A DNA stretch of 53,509 bases from an uncultured Gemmatimonadota bacterium. GTDB lineage: Bacteria; Blakebacterota; Blakebacteria; Blakebacterales; Blakebacteraceae. The position numbers were made by a program, and so were the translations under genes. The stretch lies in contig CAZNUA010000007.1 in the NCBI GenBank assembly GCA_964576115.1, positions 62,001 through 115,509 of the forward strand. Reading direction: 5' to 3'. This document shows, piece after piece, positions 9,829-17,471 of the stretch (positions are counted from its first letter, which is position 1; each line of letters starts with the position of its first letter). The notes under the pieces are model-generated. The model saw nothing but the letters and a program-made list of their open reading frames with translations. It had not been told where the DNA came from and ran no database searches.

Positions 9829-11358
9829 TCAGAACAGCAGCAGGCCGTCAGCCCGCGGCCGCCACTGAGGAAGAGCCATGCTGCTGACAGCCCAGATGCT
9901 GGTCGGCCGGTAGAGGAATATCCAGGGCGCATCATCCCGGACCAGGGTGTAAATCCGCCTGTAGATCGCCTGGCGGTCCTGATCGGAGAAGGTCGCCTCC
10001 GCCTCGGCGATCAGGGAATTCACCCGTGGGTTGTCATACCCCTGCCACCAGGGACCCTGCAGAGTCGAGTGCAGCTTCTCGCGCAGCACCCGCCAGGTAC
10101 TGCGCGGACTCGAATCGAAGCAGCAGGCATCATTTATCCGCTTCTCCCTTACCATCTCGGAGTAGGCGGCTCGATCTTCGTGCACCACGACTTCGACCGA
10201 GATCCCCACCTCCCGGTACTGTTCGGTCATCATCTGCGCCAGAGCGGGAGCCTCATCGGGCATTGCCGCCGGAATATCGAGTACCAGTTCCAGCCCCCCG
10301 GCGAAGCCTGCCTCCGCCAGAAGAGTCCTGGCCCGATCGGGATCGTACCCATAGACCGGTGTCTGCGGATTGTGCCCGAAATGATGGGGCGTCAGATATC
10401 CGTTCAGGGGGGTTGCGGCACCCTCCTTCACATCCCTGATGATGGCCTCGACATCGAGAGCGTAGTTCAGTGCCTGCCTGACCCGGCGGTCGGCGCACGG
10501 CCCCTCGAAAGCGTTGCACATGAAGATGATGCAGAGACCGCTCTCGAGTTCATGAATCAGTCCGCTCCCCTCTCCTTCCATCCGCTCCCGGTCCGCCGGT
10601 CTGAGACCGGCGATGACATCGACCCGACCGTTCATGAGGGCTTCGACCCGGACTTCCGGATCGGGCTCCGCCAGCCAGTGGATCTCGCGGTATTCCGGTT
10701 CCGGACCCCAGTAGCCGCTATGAGCCTCGAGGATGGCCTGACCTTCCCGGATCGCCCCGATCCGGTAGGGTCCGCTGCCGATATACTCCCCGGGCAGGCG
10801 GTGGAGTTCGCTGGCGGGTCCGATCGGCATGGCCACGAGCAGGTCGAGCAGATCGGCCATCGGTTCCGGGGTGACGATCCGGACGGTCAGTTCGTCGTGA
10901 GCCGAGATCCCGGCGTCACCCAGATAGCTGAGATAGACCCCCTGAGTACCGAAAGCACCGCCGATCGCCGGATCGAGCACCCTCTCCAGGGTGGCGACGA
11001 CGTCATCAGCTGTGAGAATCTCGCCGTTGTGGAACTGCACGTCCGGGCGCAGGTGGAACGTCCAGGTCAGGTCGTCTTCGGCCACACTCCAGCTCCGGGC
11101 CAGGGCAGGCACATAGTTCCCGGCGGCGTCGCGGGTAATGAGGGCATCGTAGATCGAGAAGACAAGGCTGAGGCGGTTGACCGAATCACTGCAGATGTGG
11201 GGATCCCCGATCGCAACCGAGGATTGCATGACCGTGAGTATTCCGGGACGGCCGTCTGAGCGGGTATCACCCGAACAGCCGGCGAGTAACAGGAAACCGA
11301 GCAACAGGAATGGAGCCAGGAGTCGGCAGGACCCGGTTCTGAAACTGGGACCATTCAT
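9829..11358 (-). CDS. ABC transporter substrate-binding lipoprotein, family 5 (peptide/nickel type)
   Basis: Lipobox LLAG-C. Motifs IYDALI, PALARSW, TWTFHLRPDVQFHNG, GSGPY, RVRQALNYALD. Confidence 0.92.
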   Translation of the reverse strand: MNGPSFRTGSCRLLAPFLLLGFLLLAGCSGDTRSDGRPGILTVMQSSVAIGDPHICSDSVNRLSLVFSIYDALITRDAAGNYVPALARSWSVAEDDLTWTFHLRPDVQFHNGEILTADDVVATLERVLDPAIGGAFGTQGVYLSYLGDAGISAHDELTVRIVTPEPMADLLDLLVAMPIGPASELHRLPGEYIGSGPYRIGAIREGQAILEAHSGYWGPEPEYREIHWLAEPDPEVRVEALMNGRVDVIAGLRPADRERMEGEGSGLIHELESGLCIIFMCNAFEGPCADRRVRQALNYALDVEAIIRDVKEGAATPLNGYLTPHHFGHNPQTPVYGYDPDRARTLLAEAGFAGGLELVLDIPAAMPDEAPALAQMMTEQYREVGISVEVVVHEDRAAYSEMVREKRINDACCFDSSPRSTWRVLREKLHSTLQGPWWQGYDNPRVNSLIAEAEATFSDQDRQAIYRRIYTLVRDDAPWIFLYRPTSIWAVSSMALPQWRPRADGLLLF

Positions 11359-11407
11359 GGCGATGTCCTCTCTCTCTGACTCTCCCCGGAGGGCTTGTAG
11401 TGCATCC

Positions 11408-12457
11408 TCACCCCAGGAAGAACCCCTCTGCGAGGGGGTCGTCGGGATCGATGACGAACTCGTGGCGGCCGGTGAGGTGGGCCGAGCCCTCGACCTCGGG
11501 AATGACGGCCGGCACTTCCCCGACTGTCGCGGTGTCGATGACCCGGCCGGTGAAGGTCGTGCCGATGATACTCTCGATGACCATCTCCTCCCCCGGACCG
11601 ATCTCGCCACGGGTGTGATGGATCGCCAGACGAGCGCTCACCCCGGTGCCGGTGGGAGAACGATCCACCTGGCCGTCGGCGAAGATACAGACGTTGCGGG
11701 AATCGACCCCGGCGGAGAGCGGCGGGGCGATGAAGATGGTGCCGTAGAGATACCCCAGGTCGGGTTCGCGCGGATGTTCGATCGGCCGGTCGACCATCAC
11801 GGCATGTTTGATCGCCATACCGATCCGGATCAGGCGATCGTGCTCGTCGGCGGTACAGCGCAGATCGAAGTCGGCCGCCTGCACGAAGGCGTAGTAGGCT
11901 CCACCGAAGGCCAGGTCGTAGCGCACCTCCCCCAGGCCGGGGACATTGACGACGGCATCGAGCGTGTCGACGAAGCTGGGAACATTGCGGAAACGCGTCC
12001 GGCGCACCTGCCCGGCCTCGACGAGGGCTACAGCCTCGACCGGTCCGGCCGGAGTGTCGATCCGCATCGCCGTTTCCGGTTCGGCGAACGGGACCAGATC
12101 CAGGTGGGGGGCGGCGGTGGCAATGCCGATGATGCCGTGGCCGCACATGGTCGAATAGCCCTCGTTGTGCAGGAAGAGCACCCCGAAATCGCTTCCGGCC
12201 TCGACCGGCGGGGTGAGGATGCAACCGTACATCTCGCGGTGCCCGCGCGGTTCCCACATCAGGGCCGTGCGCACCTCATCGAGGTGTTCGTGCAGCCAGC
12301 GGCGGCGCTCGAGGATCGTCGCTCCTGCAGGTTCGTCCATGCCGCCGGTCACGATCCGCAGGGGCTCGCCGGCGGTATGGACGTCGACGGTGCGCAAGCG
12401 CCGCCATTCGCCGGGCGGGATCCAGTCGCGGGTTGTTTCCGGCACGCCGTCGGACAT
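11408..12457 (-). CDS. Proline racemase family protein, Cys/Thr type: probable trans-3-hydroxy-L-proline dehydratase
   Basis: Motifs DVHTAGEPLR, EPRGH, STMCGH and DRSPTGTG (Thr in place of the second catalytic Cys). AGGAG RBS before ATG 12457. Confidence 0.85.
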   Translation of the reverse strand: MSDGVPETTRDWIPPGEWRRLRTVDVHTAGEPLRIVTGGMDEPAGATILERRRWLHEHLDEVRTALMWEPRGHREMYGCILTPPVEAGSDFGVLFLHNEGYSTMCGHGIIGIATAAPHLDLVPFAEPETAMRIDTPAGPVEAVALVEAGQVRRTRFRNVPSFVDTLDAVVNVPGLGEVRYDLAFGGAYYAFVQAADFDLRCTADEHDRLIRIGMAIKHAVMVDRPIEHPREPDLGYLYGTIFIAPPLSAGVDSRNVCIFADGQVDRSPTGTGVSARLAIHHTRGEIGPGEEMVIESIIGTTFTGRVIDTATVGEVPAVIPEVEGSAHLTGRHEFVIDPDDPLAEGFFLG

Positions 12458-12610
12458 CTGCTTTTCTCCTGTGCGAGTTCCGGGCTGTTCCAGCCTGACC
12501 ATCATGGTCCATCCCGATCGGTCCTGCAACGCCCGGGCACCGGCTGGCACCGCCGGAACGGCTGGAGTAGAATGAAAGGTGTCGACCGTCATCCGTTCAG
12601 GAGGTCCGTC

Positions 12611-13687
12611 GTGTCCCTGGTCTGCGAAAGCCGCCGGCGGCCGTTCCCCGCTCTGGCCGCCAGTGTCCTGTTCCTCAATCTCACCGCTCTGCCTCTATTC
12701 GCCCAGGCGCCCCTGGCTGTGGGCCGGCTCGTCGCCCGTCCGGGCCAGAGTGTCTCGGGCTTTCTCGATGTGCCGGCCGGCGTCGATGAGGGCACCCAGA
12801 TCCCGATCAGCCTCATCAACGGTTCCCGTCCCGGACCGACCCTGGCCCTGATCGCGGGAGTGCACGGTTATGAGTACCCGCCGATCACGGCTCTGCAGAA
12901 CATCCGGGCCGAGCTCTCGCCCAGAGAACTCTCGGGCCAGGTGATCATCGTGCATGTCGCCAACCTGCCCTCATTCCTGGGCCGAACGATCTATTACAGC
13001 CCGATTGACGGTAAGAACCTCAACCGGGTCTACCCCGGTTCGGCCGACGGTACCGTGTCCGACCGAATCGCCCACGTCATCACAACCGAGATCATCGCCC
13101 GGGCCGACTTCGTGGTGGATATGCACGGCGGGGATGGCAACGAGGCCCTGCGCCCGTACTGCTACTGGATGCAGACCGGCAACCGCAGTCTGGATGAAGC
13201 CGCCCGGCGGCTGGTCATCGCTTTCGGGCTTGATCATATCGTCATCGATCCCGACCGGCCCGGCGATCCGAACCGCTCGCTCTACACCGCCAATACCGCC
13301 CTGACCCGGGGCAAACCGGCTATCACCACCGAGACGGGCCAGCTCGGTTCCAACGACGCCCACTGGGTCGCGATGGCCGAGCGGGGGGTCTGGAACGTGC
13401 TGCGCCATCTCGAGATGGTGACTGGAGAACCGGAAGATCCACCGGCGGTAGTCTGGCTCGAAGGTTACGAAGTTCTGCGCAGCGAGGTGACCGGCATCTT
13501 CCGGGCTACGGTGCGGGACGGCTACGTGGTGGCCGAGGGAGCCCTGCTGGGCACCCTGCACGATTTTTTCGGCCGGCAGGTCGGGCAGGTACGGGCCCCC
13601 TTCGCCGGTGTGGTCAATTACGTCATCGACACCCCGCCGATCAGCGCGGGGGAGCCGGTGGCTATGATCAGCCGGATCAGGCCGTGA
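12611..13687 (+). CDS. Exported succinylglutamate desuccinylase/aspartoacylase (AstE/AspA, M14-like) hydrolase
   Basis: AGGAGG RBS then GTG 12611 (alternative ATG 12572), signal peptide. Motifs GVHGYE, NLNRVYPG, DMHGG, TTETG. Confidence 0.88.
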   Translation: MSLVCESRRRPFPALAASVLFLNLTALPLFAQAPLAVGRLVARPGQSVSGFLDVPAGVDEGTQIPISLINGSRPGPTLALIAGVHGYEYPPITALQNIRAELSPRELSGQVIIVHVANLPSFLGRTIYYSPIDGKNLNRVYPGSADGTVSDRIAHVITTEIIARADFVVDMHGGDGNEALRPYCYWMQTGNRSLDEAARRLVIAFGLDHIVIDPDRPGDPNRSLYTANTALTRGKPAITTETGQLGSNDAHWVAMAERGVWNVLRHLEMVTGEPEDPPAVVWLEGYEVLRSEVTGIFRATVRDGYVVAEGALLGTLHDFFGRQVGQVRAPFAGVVNYVIDTPPISAGEPVAMISRIRP

Positions 13688-15264
13688 AGCCCACCGTATT
13701 GCATCCGCTTACCCGCCGGCGCGAGGTGCTTTCCGCCCTGGCGACGGCCGCGATCATTGCCCTCGCCGGCGGCAGAGCCGGCGCCGCAGGAACGGATGGT
13801 ACCATGACTCAGGATCAGACACCGACCGAACCCCAGGAGAGCGGCCGCGTCCAGCGCTGCGGCACCGACGGGATGTGGTTCCCGGCCGAGCGCGGGGCGC
13901 TCGAGACCATGGTCGACGGCTATCTGGCGGGTCCCGCCTCAGATATCCCCAGTGCTCCGATCGCCCTGATCGTCCCCCATGCCGGTTATGTCTGGTCGGG
14001 CAAGGCAGCCGGAACCGCCTTCGCCGCCCTGCGCGGCCACGCCTATGACCGGGTCATCGTCATGGGTCTGAGCCACCGGACTCCCCTACAGGGAGCCAGT
14101 GTGCTCACCGTCGATGCCTGGGAAACCCCCCTGGGCCGGATCCCGGCCGACGGCGAGGCCATCCAGACTCTGCTCGAGTCTCCGGTTGTCCGCGAACACC
14201 CCGCCGCGCACCGTGACGAGCATTCGGCAGTCAACCAGTATCCCTTTCTGCAGCGGGCGATCGGGGGGCAATTCCGGCTGGTCGAGATGCTGGTGGGCGA
14301 GCTTTCCGATCGCAACCGCACCCGCCTGGCCCGGGCGGTGAGCGAGGTGATGACCGACCGGACCCTGCTGGTCGTGAGCAGCGATTTCACCCACTACGGG
14401 GCCCAGTTCGGCTATGTGCCCTTCTCGGAGAATGTCCCGCACAATCTCGAAGCCCTCAACAACCTGGCCGTGCAGGAGATCCTGCAGGTCGACGTACCCG
14501 GCTTCGATGCCTACCTGGAGCGGACCCACGACACGATCTGCGGCCGCAATGCCATCAGCCTGCTGCTCGAGATACTTACGCCTCTCGAAGACGTTCGCGG
14601 CCTGCGGGTGTCCTTCGACATGAGCGGCCGGCAGAGCGGCGACTGGCGTTCCTCGGTCTCCTATGCCGGGATCGTCTTCTGGCGCGAGTCGGAGGGGCTG
14701 AACGAGCACGAACAACAGGTCCTGCTCGAGATCGCCCGCCGGGCCGCCGGCCTTTTTCTCGAGACCGGCGAGGTACTCACGGTCGAGGAAGCCGGATTCG
14801 ATCTCACGCCCCGGCTCAGAGCCCCGGGAGCGGCTTTCGTGACCTTGAAGAACCGCGGTGAACTGCGCGGCTGCATCGGACATGTGGTGGCGGTGATGCC
14901 GCTGTACCGCTCGGTCGCCCAGAATGCCGTTCAGGCCTGCCGCGACCCGCGCTTTACCTACCAGCCTGTCACCGCCGGCGAGCTCGACGACATCGACCTG
15001 GAAATATCGGTCCTGACGCCCATGCGGCGACTGCTCGATCCCGATCGGGTCGAGGTCGGACGCGACGGGCTGATGATGACCCGGGGGCAGCTCAGCGGCC
15101 TGCTTCTGCCCCAGGTGCCGGTCGAGCAGGGCTGGAACCGGACCGAGTTTCTGGCCCATACCTGTCTCAAGGCCGGCCTGCCCTCCGACGCCTGGCGCGA
15201 CTCCGAGACCGAGATCCTGCGTTTCTCGGCCCAGGTTTTCGGCGAAAACGGACCTCGGGACTGA
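13684..15264 (+). CDS. amrB-amrA: AmmeMemoRadiSam protein B (Memo) - protein A (AMMECR1) fusion with Tat-like signal
   Basis: Memo motifs PHAGY, GLSH, EHS, SSDFTHYG, TICG. AMMECR1 motifs FVTL, LRGCIG, DPRF, EISVL, GLLLPQV, CLKAG. N-terminus TRRREVL plus a hydrophobic region. Confidence 0.92.
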   Translation: MKPTVLHPLTRRREVLSALATAAIIALAGGRAGAAGTDGTMTQDQTPTEPQESGRVQRCGTDGMWFPAERGALETMVDGYLAGPASDIPSAPIALIVPHAGYVWSGKAAGTAFAALRGHAYDRVIVMGLSHRTPLQGASVLTVDAWETPLGRIPADGEAIQTLLESPVVREHPAAHRDEHSAVNQYPFLQRAIGGQFRLVEMLVGELSDRNRTRLARAVSEVMTDRTLLVVSSDFTHYGAQFGYVPFSENVPHNLEALNNLAVQEILQVDVPGFDAYLERTHDTICGRNAISLLLEILTPLEDVRGLRVSFDMSGRQSGDWRSSVSYAGIVFWRESEGLNEHEQQVLLEIARRAAGLFLETGEVLTVEEAGFDLTPRLRAPGAAFVTLKNRGELRGCIGHVVAVMPLYRSVAQNAVQACRDPRFTYQPVTAGELDDIDLEISVLTPMRRLLDPDRVEVGRDGLMMTRGQLSGLLLPQVPVEQGWNRTEFLAHTCLKAGLPSDAWRDSETEILRFSAQVFGENGPRD

Positions 15265-15279
15265 GGTCCGGAGCCGGTC

Positions 15280-16191
15280 GTGGCCTCGCGCGTCGTCGTC
15301 ATGCGTCACGCCGGACTCGCCGGCGACGGCGAACCCGACGCCGGCCTGCTGCCCACCCTCTTCGACCGGGCCGTCTGCGCCCTGACCGGCGAGACCGAAC
15401 CGGCCCGGGCCTGGCATCGCCTGTTTCCGCGCCCGGAACGGATCGGCATCAAGGTCAACTGCCTTGGACTGCCCACCTCTCCCGTTCTCGCCACCGGGCT
15501 GGCCGAAGCCCTCGCGGCGGGCGATTCCGGACCGGAGCGGATCGTGATCTGGGACCGCACCGACCGGGAACTGCGCAGTGCCGGCTACCGCCTGAGCCGC
15601 AACGGCCCGGTGCGCTGCTACGGCACCGATGCTCTTGCCGGAGGGGACGTCATCAGCGGGTACGAATCACGGATCGAGGTGAGCGGTCGGATCGGCAGCA
15701 TGTACAGCCGGATCGTGACCCGCGAGACCGATGCCCTGGTGAGCGCGGCGGTCCTCAAGGACCACAATCTGGCCGGTATCTCGGGCTGTCTGAAAAATTT
15801 CTTCGGGGCCATCCACAACCCCAACAAGTATCACGATGACGGCTGCGATCCCTTCGTCGCCGATGTCTGCGTCCACCCCCTGATCGCCGACCGGCTGCGC
15901 CTGGTGTTCTGCGATGCACTCAGACCCCAGTACCACGGCGGTCCGCCGAGCCGGCCCGCCTGGCAGTGGCCTTACGGCGGCTTCCTGCTCGCCACCGACC
16001 CGGTGGCCCTGGACCGGGTCGGGGTCGAGATCATCGAGCGGAAGCGGCGTGCGGCCGGCATGGCCCCCCTGGCAGCCGAGGACCGTCCGCCCCGGCACCT
16101 GGCCAGCGCCCGGGAGCGCGGTCTGGGCACCGACCGGCTCGAGGAGATCGAGATCGTCTGCCCGGGTCTGGACTGGGAGGAGATTGCATGA
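15280..16191 (+). CDS. DUF362 family protein
   Basis: Motifs IGIKVNC, IVIWDR, LKDHNLAGISGCLKNFFG, DPVALD, HLASARERGLG. Confidence 0.82.
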   Translation: MASRVVVMRHAGLAGDGEPDAGLLPTLFDRAVCALTGETEPARAWHRLFPRPERIGIKVNCLGLPTSPVLATGLAEALAAGDSGPERIVIWDRTDRELRSAGYRLSRNGPVRCYGTDALAGGDVISGYESRIEVSGRIGSMYSRIVTRETDALVSAAVLKDHNLAGISGCLKNFFGAIHNPNKYHDDGCDPFVADVCVHPLIADRLRLVFCDALRPQYHGGPPSRPAWQWPYGGFLLATDPVALDRVGVEIIERKRRAAGMAPLAAEDRPPRHLASARERGLGTDRLEEIEIVCPGLDWEEIA

Positions 16192-17471
16192 GCGGCTCAT
16201 CGTCATCCTCCTATCGGCGCCCGGCGCAGAGCCGCCGTCGCTTCCTGCGCACCGCCGGCGGCGGAGCCGGAGCGCTGTGCACCGGCGCGCTGGGAGCGGG
16301 AGCGATACAAGCCGGCATGGCGGCCCCCGAACCCCCGTTCTGTATGGGGTGCGGAACCGACCGACGCCCGCCGATCGACACCAATCTGATCGATACCGCG
16401 AGACCGGTCCGCAGCGGCCGGCCGGGGGGATTCGCGGTCCGGCCGGCCCGGTGGTACGACGAGTTGGATGACGGCATGGTCCGCTGCCGGCTCTGCCCGC
16501 GAGAATGCGTGGTGGCCGACGTGGAACGCGGCTACTGCGGGGTGCGCGAGAACCGCGGCGGCGAGTACGTCACGCTGGTTTACGGAAGCGTCTGCAGTTT
16601 CGCCATCGACCCGATCGAGAAGAAACCCCTCTATCACTACCTGCCCGGCACCAATGCCCTGAGCCTGGCCACGGCCGGCTGCAACATGGAATGCCTCTTC
16701 TGCCAGAACTGGGAGATCAGCCAGGTGCGCCCCGAGCAGGTCGAGTCGATCGAGCTGCTCCCCGAGCGGATCGTCGAAACCGCCCGGGCCCAGCAATGTC
16801 CCACCATCGCCTACACCTACTCCGAACCGGTGATCTTCTACGAGTACATGTACGATACCGCCGAACTGGGCCGGGAGCGGGGCGTGGGCAGTGTCATGAT
16901 CTCGAACGGCTACATCCACGAGGAACCGCTGCGGGAGGTCTGCCGCCAGCTGACCGGGGTCAAGATCGACCTGAAGGCCTTCACCGAGGAATTCTATACC
17001 GAGTGGTGCGCCGGCGAGCTGGCCCCGGTGCTCGAAACCCTCGAAGTTCTGATCGATATCGGTATCCACACCGAGATCGTGGTCCTGCTCATCCCGACCC
17101 TGAACGATTCGGTCGAGGAGATCGGGGCCATGGCCCGCTGGATCGTGGAGCACCTGGGTCCCGACGTGCCTCTGCAGTTCTCCCGCTTCCACCCCATCTA
17201 CCGGTTGCAGAACCTTCCCCCCACCCCGGTCGCGACCCTGGAACGGGCCCGCACGACCGCTCTGGAAACCGGAGTCAACTATGTCTATATCGGCAACGTA
17301 CCGATGCACGAGGGCAGTCACACGTACTGCCCTTCATGCGGCCGGGTCGTCATTCGCCGGGTAGGGTATTCAACCGATGCTTCGGGACTCGTCGACGGCC
17401 GGTGCGCGGGCTGCGGACGGGCTATCCCGGGGATATGGACCCAGGAGCAGGCCCTCGCTTCACGAGGGTGA
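16188..17471 (+). CDS. amrS: AmmeMemoRadiSam radical SAM enzyme with Tat signal
   Basis: ATGA-coupled to DUF362. Motifs CRLCPREC...GYCGVREN, DPIEKKPLYH, CNMECLFCQNWEISQ, AYTYSEP, IDLK, RFHP, TYCPSCG. N-terminal SRRRFLR. Confidence 0.95.
   Translation: MSGSSSSSYRRPAQSRRRFLRTAGGGAGALCTGALGAGAIQAGMAAPEPPFCMGCGTDRRPPIDTNLIDTARPVRSGRPGGFAVRPARWYDELDDGMVRCRLCPRECVVADVERGYCGVRENRGGEYVTLVYGSVCSFAIDPIEKKPLYHYLPGTNALSLATAGCNMECLFCQNWEISQVRPEQVESIELLPERIVETARAQQCPTIAYTYSEPVIFYEYMYDTAELGRERGVGSVMISNGYIHEEPLREVCRQLTGVKIDLKAFTEEFYTEWCAGELAPVLETLEVLIDIGIHTEIVVLLIPTLNDSVEEIGAMARWIVEHLGPDVPLQFSRFHPIYRLQNLPPTPVATLERARTTALETGVNYVYIGNVPMHEGSHTYCPSCGRVVIRRVGYSTDASGLVDGRCAGCGRAIPGIWTQEQALASRG

Noticed and set aside
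11177-12610. Long 5' extension making the AstE ORF 836 aa
   Set aside because: It is the antisense shadow of the proline racemase-family gene. A real RBS and signal peptide appear at 12611.
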